NCBI GenBank assembly: GCA_965207225.1
Contig: CBDBLV010000002.1
Location: 224,001 to 288,000 of the forward strand
DNA length: 64,000 nucleotides
Source: Dehalococcoidia bacterium
GTDB lineage: Bacteria; Chloroflexota; Dehalococcoidia; Plut-88900
Direction of reading: 5' to 3'
Position numbers and translations under genes: made by a program. Each line of letters begins with the position of its first letter. Within the stretch, counting starts at the first letter, position 1. The notes under the pieces are model-generated. The model had not been told where the DNA came from. It made no database searches and was given only the letters and a program-made list of their open reading frames with translations. Of this stretch, positions 9,311 to 19,511 are shown piece after piece.

Positions 9311-11044
9311 ATGAGAGATATCGATCCCGTAACTTTCAGCGTGGTCTGGAACGGCCTCATTTCCATCGCCGAGGAGATGGGCACGGCCCTGCGCCGCTCT
9401 GCCTATTCTCTTGGCGTCCGCGAGGGGCGGGACTTTTCCACCGCACTCTTCGATGCCCGGGGCAGGCTCGTGGCCCAGGGGAACTTCAGCCCCGGTCACC
9501 TTGGCTCCATGCCCTTCGTAGTCAAGAACATCCTGCGTGAGTACCCGTTAGATGAGCTTGAGGAGGGCGATTCCATCCTCCTGAATGATCCTTATCTCGG
9601 CTCGGGCCACCTCCCCGACTTCTTCCAGGTAAGCCCTATCTTCTTCAAAGGCAGCCTGCTCGGTTTTTCCGCCAACTGTGCTCACATGGTCGACGTCGGA
9701 GGCGCGGGCCCCGGGTCCCAGGCCGTCGACAGCCTGGACCTCTTCCAGGAAGGCCTGAGATTCCTGCCGACCCGCATCTACCACGCTGGTCGACCCAACC
9801 GTGAAGTGCTCCGCATGCTCGAATCCAACGTCCGCGTCCCGGACAAGGTGATGGGCGATGTCCGGGCCCAGAGAAACGCTAACCGCATCGGCGAGATGGG
9901 TGTCATTAGCCTCGCCGACACCTACGGCCCCGACACCCTTGCCGTCTGCATGGACCTAATCCTCGACCGCTCGGAGGAGTCCATGCGCAGCGCCGTCAGC
10001 GAGCTACCCGAAGGCGTATACGAAGCCGAGGACTATTTCGACGACTACGGCCCCCACACTGAGTCCCTAAAGGTTAGAGTTGCCGTGACTATCAAGGACG
10101 GCGGTTTCATCATCGACTTCTCCGGCAGCAGCCCCCAGACCCGCTCCGGCCTCAACTCCACCTTCAACTACACCCGTGCCTACTCTTATTTCACGCTGAA
10201 AGCGTTGACCGTCCAAGACCGGGTTCCGCAAAACGAAGGCTGTATCCGCCCCATCGAAGTCATCGCCCCCGAGGGCAGCCTCTTCAACCCCCGACCTCCC
10301 GCCGCCGTCGGACCCCGGGCCATTATGCAGCAGCGGATGGTGGACACCATTCTCCTTGCCATGTCCGCGGCTGCCCCCGACCGAGTCATCGCCAACAGTT
10401 CTCACTGGGCCAACCCCAACTACGGCGGAATCGATCCCAGGACTGGCAAGCCCTTTGTCTACTACGAGATGCTTATTGGGGGTGTCGGTGCCCGACCTAC
10501 CAAGGACGGCGCCGACGGCCTGTGCTCGGCGTTCAACCTCGAAAATATCCCCGTCGAGGTGGTCGAGGCTACGTACCCTGTCCTCGTAGACCGCCTCCAG
10601 TTTGTCACCGACAGTGCGGGCCCGGGCCAATTCCGTGGCGGCGCCGCCATGCGCAAGGACATCCGCCTCCTCTCCGACGAGGTCGTATTTTCCAACCTGA
10701 CCGACAGACAGATAACACAACCCCAGGGCCTGCTCGGCGGCCAGGGAGGCCCTGTTGGGAGCACGAGCCGTAACCCCGACTCCGTGGGCACGGAGCCCCT
10801 CCATTCCAAGGGATCCTACCGGCTTAGCAAGAGCGATGTGGTCAGCACAACCCTCTCGGGCTCCGGCGGCTACGGTTCCCCGGAGACCCGGGACCCGCAA
10901 GCCGTTCTTCGTGACGTCCTGGACGACTACGTCTCCATAGACGCCGCGAGGAACGTGTACAGAGTCGCCATCAACCCCGACACCATGTCCATAGACTCAT
11001 CGGAGACCAGCCTCCTCAGGAAGAACAAGGAACAGCATGACTAG
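9311..11044 (+). CDS. hydantoinase B / 5-oxoprolinase family subunit
   Basis: DPVTFSVV, NDPYLGSGHLPD, HMVDVGG, SAGPGQFRGG, GSGGYGSP; ATG 9311 preferred. Confidence 0.93.
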   Translation: MRDIDPVTFSVVWNGLISIAEEMGTALRRSAYSLGVREGRDFSTALFDARGRLVAQGNFSPGHLGSMPFVVKNILREYPLDELEEGDSILLNDPYLGSGHLPDFFQVSPIFFKGSLLGFSANCAHMVDVGGAGPGSQAVDSLDLFQEGLRFLPTRIYHAGRPNREVLRMLESNVRVPDKVMGDVRAQRNANRIGEMGVISLADTYGPDTLAVCMDLILDRSEESMRSAVSELPEGVYEAEDYFDDYGPHTESLKVRVAVTIKDGGFIIDFSGSSPQTRSGLNSTFNYTRAYSYFTLKALTVQDRVPQNEGCIRPIEVIAPEGSLFNPRPPAAVGPRAIMQQRMVDTILLAMSAAAPDRVIANSSHWANPNYGGIDPRTGKPFVYYEMLIGGVGARPTKDGADGLCSAFNLENIPVEVVEATYPVLVDRLQFVTDSAGPGQFRGGAAMRKDIRLLSDEVVFSNLTDRQITQPQGLLGGQGGPVGSTSRNPDSVGTEPLHSKGSYRLSKSDVVSTTLSGSGGYGSPETRDPQAVLRDVLDDYVSIDAARNVYRVAINPDTMSIDSSETSLLRKNKEQHD

Positions 11045-11966
11045 CAACCGAGAAACCAGGTTCGGGGTAGCCATCCCTCAAAAGTTTCCCGATGGAGTCG
11101 TAGACACCCAATACATCGCCGACCTCCTCACCACCGTGGAGTCCCTCGGCTACGACAGCGCATGGGTTGGCGAGGGTGTGTTCGGCAAGGTGCCCAACCT
11201 GGAACCAATACCCTTGCTCTCCTATGCCGCCGCCCTTACCTCCAGGATCAAGCTGGGAGTCTCCGCCCTCACCTTCCCCTTCTGGAACCCCATATTTCTC
11301 GCCAAGGCCGTGGCCAGCCTGGACCAGCTTTCCAGTGGCAGGTTCATTCTAGGGCTGACCGTCGGGGTGCATCGAGACCAGTATCCCGCCTTCGGACTCA
11401 GGCCCGAGCACCGTCTCGCCCGCTTCGTCGAAGGCCTGGCGCTTATGAAACAGCTCTGGACATCCGACAGTGTGACCTTCAAGGGAAAGTTCTGGGAGAT
11501 GGAGAATGTGTCCATCAGCCCCAGGCCCGCGCAGAAGCCCCACCCTCCGGTCTGGTTCGGGTCCCGGGCTTTGCCTGCCCTCCGCCGCTCCGTCGAATCG
11601 GGCGACGGTTGGATGGGCTCCGGCGCAACCTCCACCGCCGAGTTCCGGGAGCACATGGGCATCCTCCGCGGCTTCATGGCAGAGGAGGGCAAAACTCAGG
11701 ATGAGTTCCCGTTATCCAAACGCGTGTACGTGGCCCTTGACCCGGACAAAGCCAGGGCCCTCGCTCGACTGGAAGACATGCTCGGCTTCATCTACGGGGA
11801 CCCGAGCCTCGCTCCCAAAGTTTCCGTTTATGGTGACCGCGAGGATGTCGCCGATGGATTACGAGAGGTGATGGAAGAGGGCGTAGACCTTATCCTCCTG
11901 GCCCCTGCCACCGACCCCAAGGGCCAGGCGGAGCTATTCGCCGACCAGGTGTTGCCCAGGCTCTAG
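11037..11966 (+). CDS. LLM-class flavin/F420-dependent oxidoreductase
   Basis: LGYDSAWV, SLDQLSSGRFILG, PRPAQKPHPPVWFG; overlaps hydantoinase B stop. Confidence 0.9.
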   Translation: MTSNRETRFGVAIPQKFPDGVVDTQYIADLLTTVESLGYDSAWVGEGVFGKVPNLEPIPLLSYAAALTSRIKLGVSALTFPFWNPIFLAKAVASLDQLSSGRFILGLTVGVHRDQYPAFGLRPEHRLARFVEGLALMKQLWTSDSVTFKGKFWEMENVSISPRPAQKPHPPVWFGSRALPALRRSVESGDGWMGSGATSTAEFREHMGILRGFMAEEGKTQDEFPLSKRVYVALDPDKARALARLEDMLGFIYGDPSLAPKVSVYGDREDVADGLREVMEEGVDLILLAPATDPKGQAELFADQVLPRL

Positions 11967-12628
11967 CCTGAGTTTTCAAGCAGCGCCACTTCCGTCTGCT
12001 CTGGCATGCTGGATGCCGTCAAATGCAGACGGCGCTGGCCCTCGGGAGCAGGCACTCCCATCTCCTTCAGGAACCTTGTCAGCGCCTCGGATTCCGGTTC
12101 CTCGGGTCCCGGGTAGTCCATGGGCACAACCACCTTGGGCTCCACCAGCCGGGCCGTTTCTACGGACGCCTTCACACTCTCCACCGATCCTATGGGCACC
12201 ACCATCACCCCAACGTCGCCCAGCCGCTCCACCTGCCCCGACTCCAACGGCTTCTGCAAATCTCCCAGGTGGCACACCACTATCCCGTCCATCTCGATGG
12301 CGTATACCGTGTTCCGGCCTATCGAGACCGCCCCGTTCTCAGCCTCGCTGGTATGGTAGGCAGTACCCACCCCCGTGATCAGGACCTCCGCTATCTCGTA
12401 CTCACCCGGCCCTCGGATCGCCCTCCACCCTTGCTCCTCCTGTACACCCCCTTGCTCCTCCGCCCCGAAAAGGGACAACGGCCCCGTGGGAGGCCCGCTC
12501 CAGGTCACTGCCTTCACGTAAGGTGCGCGCGTCACCTTGCCGTGTACTTGTTCATAAGGATCGGTGATCACCCCCAGCTCCCGGGACCTTATCGAAAAAC
12601 ACCTTCTGCCAAACCAGGTTATGTCCAA
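11963..12628 (-). CDS. MBL-fold (Lactamase_B_3-like) protein with degenerate metal ligands
   Basis: ITWFG..CF.I...VITDPY, GPGEYEI, RNTVY, CHLGDL, PKVVVPMDY; HxHxDH motif absent; TTG start. Confidence 0.75.
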   Translation of the reverse strand: MDITWFGRRCFSIRSRELGVITDPYEQVHGKVTRAPYVKAVTWSGPPTGPLSLFGAEEQGGVQEEQGWRAIRGPGEYEIAEVLITGVGTAYHTSEAENGAVSIGRNTVYAIEMDGIVVCHLGDLQKPLESGQVERLGDVGVMVVPIGSVESVKASVETARLVEPKVVVPMDYPGPEEPESEALTRFLKEMGVPAPEGQRRLHLTASSMPEQTEVALLENSG

Positions 12629-12694
12629 CTCTTTGCTCTCTTTCTAGCTGAAGTATAGGAAAGGGTATAGGCACGTGCAATACTGCATCCCAAC

Positions 12695-12723
12695 TTGACA
12701 CCGACAACCCGTGTTGATAAATT
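12695..12723 (+). promoter_or_regulatory. sigma70 promoter of the hrcA operon
   Basis: TTGACA-N17-TAAATT with extended -10 TG. Confidence 0.75.
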
Positions 12724-12731
12724 CGATGTAT

Positions 12732-12758
12732 CTGGCACTCTCGATTTCGGGGTGCCAA
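12732..12758. promoter_or_regulatory. CIRCE operator (HrcA binding site)
   Basis: CTGGCACTC-N9-GGGTGCCAA versus consensus TTAGCACTC-N9-GAGTGCTAA, between the promoter and hrcA. Confidence 0.85.
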
Positions 12759-12804
12759 ACCTTTATGTAGGCGGTCGGCGCCACTCCTCTTCAAGGAGGC
12801 CTTT

Positions 12805-13824
12805 TTGTTAACTGCAAGAAGAGAATCCGTGCTAAACGCCATTGTCGAAGGGCATATCGATACGGTTACGCCCGTCGGCTCGCAGCTTATTGCAAAGAGG
12901 TGGGGAATGCGGCTGAGCCCCGCCACCGTTCGGTCGGAGATGGCCGCCCTGGAGCAGGACGGCTACATCACCAGGCCCCACACCTCTGCCGGAGGCCTCC
13001 CCACCGACCTCGGCTACAGGGCCTACGTGCGCCAGTTCCTTGCCAACCCGACCCTCGACACTGGCCAGCGGGGAGTCGTCCGTCGGCGTCTTCTTGATGT
13101 CGCCATGGACCAGGAGGGTTGGGCCCGCTCCGCCGCCGAAGCCCTCTCCCGCCTCACCGGCAGCCTTGCTGTAACCACCGCCCCCAAGGCGTCTCAAGTG
13201 CGCCTCAAGCGCATAGAGCTGGTCCCTGTCCAGGACCTGATGGTTATGACCCTCGTAGTTCTCTGGGGAACCAAGGTCCTGCGGCAGATGCTTTCGTTGG
13301 ATGAGTCCGTATCCGAGAATGAGCTGATCCGCTCCAGCAATAAGCTCAACCACCTTTTCGAGGGCGTGGTCCCGTCTGAGTTGGCCGACTCCGCCGCAGA
13401 GCTTACCCCTCTTGAAGAAGATGTGGTCCAGCTGGTCAAGGAACTCATGGAGGAAGAGGCGCAGCAGGACCTTGAGGACCCCCTTTTCGAAGGCTTGCAG
13501 CAGGTCTTTGAACAGCCCGAACTAGCCGAAGCCGAGATCCTCAGAGACATGATGGAGATCCTCGAAGAAAAAGGCAGGCTGAAGAAAATCATGCAGCAGG
13601 TCCACTCTGGGCCCGGGCTCCGGGTCGCCATCGGTGGCGAAGTCCGCGTCGCCAGGATGCGCCACTTCAGCATCATCGTCTCCGAATATGGCGTCTCCGA
13701 CCGCGTCAAAGGCGTGGTCGGCGTGTTCGGCCCCAAGCGCATGGCCTACAGGCGAAACATCCCCGCCGTCAACTATCTTGCTCACCTAATGAGCGACGCC
13801 GTGCAGCAAGGCTTCCCCGACTAG
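12805..13824 (+). CDS. hrcA: heat-inducible transcriptional repressor HrcA
   Basis: PVGS, SPATVRSEMAALE..GYI..PHTSAG..PT..GYR, GVFGPKRMAY; AAGGAGG SD with TTG start. Confidence 0.95.
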   Translation: MLTARRESVLNAIVEGHIDTVTPVGSQLIAKRWGMRLSPATVRSEMAALEQDGYITRPHTSAGGLPTDLGYRAYVRQFLANPTLDTGQRGVVRRRLLDVAMDQEGWARSAAEALSRLTGSLAVTTAPKASQVRLKRIELVPVQDLMVMTLVVLWGTKVLRQMLSLDESVSENELIRSSNKLNHLFEGVVPSELADSAAELTPLEEDVVQLVKELMEEEAQQDLEDPLFEGLQQVFEQPELAEAEILRDMMEILEEKGRLKKIMQQVHSGPGLRVAIGGEVRVARMRHFSIIVSEYGVSDRVKGVVGVFGPKRMAYRRNIPAVNYLAHLMSDAVQQGFPD

Positions 13825-13836
13825 TAAGGCTGAGAA

Positions 13837-14424
13837 ATGAGTGATTCCAACACCAGTCCCGAGGATTCTGAAAAGCCCCAGCCGGAGGGAGATCAGCAGG
13901 GGGACACGGAGGGCCGGGATTTACCGGAGGACCTGGCCTCGGCCCTCGAACAGGAAAAAGAGCGCGCCGACAAAAACCTCGCCAACTGGCAAAGGGCCCA
14001 GGCGGACCTGGCAAACTACAAGAAGCGCGTGGAGGTGGAAAAGCAGGAATTGGCCAAATTCGCCAATGCTGCCCTTGTTGGGTCGCTCGTCTCCCTCGTC
14101 GACGATTTTGAACGGGCCCGGGCCACCATCCCCGACAGCATCCTCGGCATGACCTGGGTGGAAGGCCTGTTCCTCATCGAGCGTAAACTCCTCTCTACCC
14201 TGGAGGTCTCGGGCCTCTCGGTAATCAAGGCCCTGGACGAGGACTTCGACCCTAACCTCCACGAAGCCGTGATGCACGGCGAAGGTCCCGAGGGAAAGGT
14301 TGTCGAGGAGTTCCAGAAGGGATACAAGCTCCACGAACGAGTTATCCGCCCGGCCATGGTCAAGGTCGGGCAGGGCACTACCACCGAAAACCCCGACATA
14401 TCAAATGAACAAGGAGATTCCTGA
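13837..14424 (+). CDS. grpE: nucleotide exchange factor GrpE
   Basis: RAQADLANYKKR, DDFERA, FDPNLHEAV, QKGYKLHERVIRPAMVKV. Confidence 0.96.
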   Translation: MSDSNTSPEDSEKPQPEGDQQGDTEGRDLPEDLASALEQEKERADKNLANWQRAQADLANYKKRVEVEKQELAKFANAALVGSLVSLVDDFERARATIPDSILGMTWVEGLFLIERKLLSTLEVSGLSVIKALDEDFDPNLHEAVMHGEGPEGKVVEEFQKGYKLHERVIRPAMVKVGQGTTTENPDISNEQGDS

Positions 14425-14476
14425 CTTAGCACCAAAGCCTCGGACCCCCGACAGGGATTCTAAGTAAACAAGTATC

Positions 14477-15598
14477 ATGACCACCAAGACCGACTATTAC
14501 GAACTGCTGTCGGTGCCGAGGAGCGCCTCCCAGGAAGAGATCAAGAAGGCCTTCCGCCGCCAGGCCCTCAAGTACCACCCCGACAGGAACAAGGATCCTG
14601 GCGCCGAGGCCAAGTTCAAGCAGATCAACGAGGCCTACGAGGTCCTGAGCGACCCGGACAAACGCGCCGCCTACGACAGGTTCGGACACGCCGGGACTTC
14701 CGGCGGCCCCTACGGCCGGGGCTTTGAAGGCATGGGTGGCTTCGGTGGTTTCGGCGACATCTTCGAAGCCTTCTTCGGGTCCAATGCCAGCGCCAAGACC
14801 GGGCCCCAGCGCGGGGCCGATTTACACACTGGTGCTACCATCTCCTTTGAAGATTCGGTCTTTGGCACCGAACGCAACGTTGAAGTCCAGAGGACAGAGG
14901 TATGCAAGGATTGTCGCGGCTCCCGCGCCGAGCCCGGCACCGATGTATCCACCTGCTCCACCTGCAACGGCAACGGCAGCGTGCGTCGGGTGCAGCAGAA
15001 CCTGTTTGGACAGTTCGTCAACGTCACCCCGTGCGCTCAGTGCCGCGGCGAGGGCCGTGTTGTCTCTACTCCATGTAGTCATTGTCGGGGCTCCGGCAGG
15101 ATACGGGCCAACCGCACAATCGCCGTCCAAATACCTGCCGGAGTCGAGGAAGGCACCCAGGTCAGACTCACCGGCGAGGGCGATGCCGGCGGCCGTGGCG
15201 GCTCATCAGGCAACCTCTATGTCACCGTCAAAGTGAAGAGACACGAGTACTTCAGCCGGGACGCCGACGACGTCCTCTTGGACTACTATGTCAACTTCGC
15301 CCAGGCCGCCCTCGGTGACGAGGTGGAGGTGCCGACCATCGACGGCCCCGTTATGCTCAAAGTCCCGTCGGGAATCCAGACAGGGACCGCGCTCAGGCTC
15401 AGGGGCAGGGGCGCCTACAGGCTGCGGGGTGGCGGTCGCGGGGACCAGATTGTCTACGTCAACGTACTAACCCCAGACTCCCTCAACAAGGAAGAACTGG
15501 AGCATTTCCGTCAGCTCGCCCTCACCCTGGATCAGCCGGGCGTATCCGGCCGCAACGGTAAGGGCATATTCGAGAAGATCAAGGAAGTGTTCCGATAG
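14477..15598 (+). CDS. dnaJ: chaperone DnaJ
   Basis: J domain with HPD, G/F-rich region, four CxxCxGxG-type repeats. Confidence 0.97.
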   Translation: MTTKTDYYELLSVPRSASQEEIKKAFRRQALKYHPDRNKDPGAEAKFKQINEAYEVLSDPDKRAAYDRFGHAGTSGGPYGRGFEGMGGFGGFGDIFEAFFGSNASAKTGPQRGADLHTGATISFEDSVFGTERNVEVQRTEVCKDCRGSRAEPGTDVSTCSTCNGNGSVRRVQQNLFGQFVNVTPCAQCRGEGRVVSTPCSHCRGSGRIRANRTIAVQIPAGVEEGTQVRLTGEGDAGGRGGSSGNLYVTVKVKRHEYFSRDADDVLLDYYVNFAQAALGDEVEVPTIDGPVMLKVPSGIQTGTALRLRGRGAYRLRGGGRGDQIVYVNVLTPDSLNKEELEHFRQLALTLDQPGVSGRNGKGIFEKIKEVFR

Positions 15599-15629
15599 TC
15601 TGGTTATCGAGTTGGACTTTGCCACTTGG

Positions 15630-15661
15630 GCCCGACCCGGCAGTGCTGGATCGGGTTTTTT
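15630..15661 (+). terminator. intrinsic terminator after dnaJ
   Basis: CCCGAcCCGGC-AGT-GCTGGaTCGGG followed by T6. Confidence 0.6.
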
Positions 15662-15692
15662 CTCAGCCATTGACCCGGACTAGGGCGGTTGG

Positions 15693-16574
15693 ATGGAACT
15701 GGTAGAACTCTCAGTGGAGGTGGACTCTGAGTCCACGGAACCCGTCTGCGAGGCTTTCCGTCGCTACGGCTGCGAGAGAATCGTAGTGGAGAAATTGGAC
15801 CCCTCCGGCCCCCACCCCAGACTCCTCGTCAAAGCCTACTCCCACAACGACGAATCTCGGGAAACGCTGATTGCCAACATGGAAGTAGTCGTCCGGCTTC
15901 TGGGCCTAGTCCGAGAGGTGGGTGGCCTTCAAACTCGGGTGCTTCAGGAGGAAGACTGGGCTCTGGCCTGGCGCAGGCAATACACCATCCAGCACCTGGG
16001 GAAAAGGCTGATTGTTTGCCCCACCTGGCTTTCTTACAAACCTGAACAACACGAGGTTGTTGTTCGCCTCGACCCCGGCATGGCCTTCGGTACGGGCGTC
16101 CACCCGACCACCCGTATGTGCCTTCAGGTCCTTGATGGGCTGATCAAGCCTGGAATGCACATCGCGGACGTTGGTTGCGGCTCGGGCATCCTGTCCATCG
16201 CCGCAGTCAAGCTTGGCGCTTCCAAGGCCCTGGCCCTGGATGTGGACACCCTGGCTGTTAAGGTTGCCCGTGAGAATGTCGAAGCTAACGGTGTATCACA
16301 GTTAGTGGAAGTTGCAGAAGGCACCCTCCGGCATGACCCCTCCCACCCCGCCCCCGACTACGACCTCATCGTCGCCAATATCACCCTCAACCCCATCCTT
16401 GAGCTGGCCCCCCACATCGTGAATTCCCTGGGTTCAGGCGGTTTGGCAATCCTTAGTGGCCTCCTTCAAGAACAGGGCCCGACCGTCGATTCCGCCTTCG
16501 AGGCCTTGGGAGCCTGCCTGGAGTCCCGGACCACGATAGACGACTGGCTGACCCTGGTCTTTAGAAAGCCCTAG
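15693..16574 (+). CDS. prmA: ribosomal protein L11 methyltransferase
   Basis: EEDW..W, LDPGMAFGTGVHPTT, DVGCGSGILS, IVANI; follows dnaJ. Confidence 0.95.
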   Translation: MELVELSVEVDSESTEPVCEAFRRYGCERIVVEKLDPSGPHPRLLVKAYSHNDESRETLIANMEVVVRLLGLVREVGGLQTRVLQEEDWALAWRRQYTIQHLGKRLIVCPTWLSYKPEQHEVVVRLDPGMAFGTGVHPTTRMCLQVLDGLIKPGMHIADVGCGSGILSIAAVKLGASKALALDVDTLAVKVARENVEANGVSQLVEVAEGTLRHDPSHPAPDYDLIVANITLNPILELAPHIVNSLGSGGLAILSGLLQEQGPTVDSAFEALGACLESRTTIDDWLTLVFRKP

Positions 16575-16578
16575 CCAC

Positions 16579-17184
16579 CTACTCCTCTGGATCAAACTCC
16601 AGCTTGTTCTCAGTGCCTTCTAGCAAGCGTTTGAAGTTCTCTCGGTGTGCATAGAAGATGATCGCCGTCGGGATTAAGGCTTGAAGCAGATACGCCTTCG
16701 GCCTCTTTCCAATCAGCACCGCAAAGAAAAGGCACAGCGCTCCTACTGCCGTCCCCGACAATGACCCCAGCGATGATATCCGGAACTTAGCCATCACCGA
16801 ACCACCGGTCAACGCGGCGACAATTCCCGGCCCGGGCGCCAATGCCAGCAGCGCACCGAGGTTTGTGACTACCCCCTTCCCCCCCTTGAAACCCCGCAAA
16901 ACTGGCCAAATGTGTCCCGCCACAACAGCAATGCCCACAAGCGCGTGCACCAGACTCGAATCACTGACCTTCCTGGCTATCAATACCGGAAGCAGGCCCT
17001 TGAAAGTATCGATGAGCAGCACGGCCGTAGAAGCCGAGGGCCCCGCCACCCGGTACACATTCGCCGCACCTATATTTCCGCTCCCCCGCCTCTGGATATC
17101 GACCCCTTTCGCCTGCTTCACCACTATCTTGCCCGTCGGTATCCCGCCCATCAGGTAGCCGAACAGAATCAGTAGTATTGTCAT
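16579..17184 (-). CDS. plsY: glycerol-3-phosphate acyltransferase PlsY
   Basis: GYLMGGIP, GSGNIGAANVYR, GHIWP, FKGGKGV, HRENFKRL..GTE; ATG overlaps the der stop (ATGA). Confidence 0.93.
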   Translation of the reverse strand: MTILLILFGYLMGGIPTGKIVVKQAKGVDIQRRGSGNIGAANVYRVAGPSASTAVLLIDTFKGLLPVLIARKVSDSSLVHALVGIAVVAGHIWPVLRGFKGGKGVVTNLGALLALAPGPGIVAALTGGSVMAKFRISSLGSLSGTAVGALCLFFAVLIGKRPKAYLLQALIPTAIIFYAHRENFKRLLEGTENKLEFDPEE

Positions 17185-18493
17185 TCGCCCCGGCTTCTCC
17201 TTTGGAACCTGAGTTGTATCGGGGTACCCTCGAACCCGAACTCGTCCCGCAGCCGGTTCTCCAGAAAACGTTGATAGGAGAAATGCACTAGCGCCGGGTC
17301 GTTCACAAAAAATGTGAATGTCGGGGGGTGGGTCCCGGTCTGGGTAACGTAGAACAGTTTGAGCCGCCTCCCCCGCGCCCGTGGCAGAGGACTGTCCGTC
17401 ACCGCGCGAGTCAACATCCTGTTCAACGCTGATGTTGCAACAGTCTTCCCTCTCTCGTTGAAAATCATTAGAGCCGCAGGCATCAGTTCCGACACTCCCT
17501 GACCGTACATCGCAGAAGTGTACAGCACCGGCACGTACTCTCCAGCCCGGATCCTGTCCTGGATGTACGGCTGGGCAGTCTCCATTCCCAGCTCCAGTTC
17601 CGGGGCCAGGTCCCATTTGTTCACCACCACCGCCATCCCTTGTACGCATCCTTTGCGTACCCCCAGATGTGCATGTCCTGCGCCGTCATGAGCTCCGACG
17701 CGTCTACAACCAGCAGCACCACGTCGGCCCTGTAGATCGCCTCCATCGTCCGCAGCACGCTGTACTTCTCCACCCCCCGCCCTATCTTCCCCCGACGCCT
17801 CACCCCTGCCGTATCTATCAGCAGTATTCGCTCTCCCTCGTATTCCAGTACGGTGTCAATGGCATCTCGAGTCGTCCCCGGGACATCACTGACTATGACC
17901 CTCTCCTCACCGAACAGTGTGTTCAGCAGCATCGATTTTCCCACATTCGGCCGACCCACGATTGCCACCTTCATTACTCCGGTCTGTGGCTCGACCTCCG
18001 GCTCCTCCACGTTGGCGTCCATCCAGGCGGTGAGCCGGTCCAGACCCTTGGCATGGTATGCGCTGATTGGGGTAGGGTCTCCCATCCCCAGCCTGTAGAA
18101 GTCACCAAGGTCCGCCGCCCGACGGTTGTTGTCAATCTTGTTGACCACCAGAGACACCGGCTTTTCCGATACCCGGAGCAGGTCCGCCAGCTCCTCGTCT
18201 CCTGCCGTCAGGCCATCCTTCCCGTCAACCATGAACAGGATCGCCGACGCCTCCGCCAGTGCCACCTTGACCTGCTCCGTCACGCCGACGTGGATCTCAT
18301 CTTCCTGCCCCAGGTCCAAACCTCCGGTATCGACCAGCAGAACGCTCTTGTCACCCACCGTCACCTGCGCCGATACCCTATCCCGCGTCGTTCCCGGCAT
18401 GTCTGACACTATCGCCATCCGCCGCCCGACAAACTTGTTGAACAGCGTCGACTTCCCCACATTCGGCCGGCCTACTATGGCTACGATAGACAT
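17181..18493 (-). CDS. der: ribosome biogenesis GTPase Der/EngA, split by a 1-nt frameshift near 17637-17639
   Basis: Two GRPNVGKS/GTTRD/DTxG G-domains in 17621-18493; second NKWD and KH-like domain in 17181-17636; adding one G restores YKGMAVVVNKWD. Confidence 0.92.
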
Positions 18494-18522
18494 TTGACCA
18501 AGCGTCGGTGAAGACCGTGTCC

Positions 18523-19437
18523 CTAAGCCCGACCCAGGAGCCGCTCCAGCACCGCTTTCTGAGCATGCAGCCGGTTCTCCGCCTGGTCGAACACCACCGA
18601 TTGCGGGTGCTCCATCGCCTCGTCTGTCACTTCTTCCCCCCGGTGGGCAGGCAGCGGGTGCATGAAGATGGCGCTGCTATCCGCACGCGATATCAATTCC
18701 GCATCGACCTGGTACCCCGCAAAGTCCCGAAGCCTGCGCTCCGACTCCGCTTCCTGTCCCATGCTCGTCCAAACGTCCGTATACACCACGTCCGCCTCCG
18801 ACACCGCCTCGGCCGGCTGAGTCTGCACCCTGAAACTGGCCCCGCTCTCGCCGCTCAGCCTTTCTATCTTCCCAACCATCTCGGGGGGGAGAAGGTAGGA
18901 CTCGGGAGTCGCCATCACGAAGTTCGCCCCGACCAGCATCGCCCCCAGCGAAAGGCTCGCCGCCATGTTGTTGCCGTCTCCCACGTATGCGATCTTCAAT
19001 CCTTTCAATGCGCCTTTGTGCTCGTACATCGTCAGCAGGTCCGCCAGCACCTGGCACGGGTGCTCTCCGTCCGATAGCCCGTTTATGACCGGACATGTCG
19101 CGTACTTCGCGAGGTCCACAACAGTCTGGTGCCGATGAGTCCGCGCCACTATCCCGTCTGCATATCGACTAAGCACCCGCGCCACGTCCGAAACCGGCTC
19201 CCGGGTCCCCAACCCTATCTCCTGCGGCGAAAGGTAGACGCACTGCCCGCCCAACTGCCTCATCCCGATGTCAAAGCTAGCACGGGTCCGCAGCGATGGT
19301 AACTCGAAGACCAGGGCCAGCGCCTTCCCCTCCAGTGCCCGAGAACCATCCCCCTTCTTCATCGTCACCGCCCTCTCTATGAGGGCCATGATCTCAGCCC
19401 CCGAGAGGTCGGCCATGGAGAGCAGGTCTTTATCCAT
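18523..19437 (-). CDS. argF: ornithine carbamoyltransferase
   Basis: SLRTR, HPCQVLAD, GDGNN, DVWTSMGQE, HPLPAHRGEE, QAENR. Confidence 0.95.
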   Translation of the reverse strand: MDKDLLSMADLSGAEIMALIERAVTMKKGDGSRALEGKALALVFELPSLRTRASFDIGMRQLGGQCVYLSPQEIGLGTREPVSDVARVLSRYADGIVARTHRHQTVVDLAKYATCPVINGLSDGEHPCQVLADLLTMYEHKGALKGLKIAYVGDGNNMAASLSLGAMLVGANFVMATPESYLLPPEMVGKIERLSGESGASFRVQTQPAEAVSEADVVYTDVWTSMGQEAESERRLRDFAGYQVDAELISRADSSAIFMHPLPAHRGEEVTDEAMEHPQSVVFDQAENRLHAQKAVLERLLGRA

Positions 19438-19511
19438 GATGCTCCTTGAGGAGATGTCAGAATAGTAGGTCTTGGAGATGAGGGAATTGTGACGGCAGGC
19501 CTCTGTGCCCG

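Noticed and set aside
14426-14433. Second CIRCE before dnaJ (TTAGCACC)
   Set aside because: Only a left half-site; no matching arm 9 nt downstream
17185-17649. Der-PlsY fusion or long PlsY N-terminus
   Set aside because: It is an alternative frame over the der 3' end; plsY has its own coupled ATG at 17184
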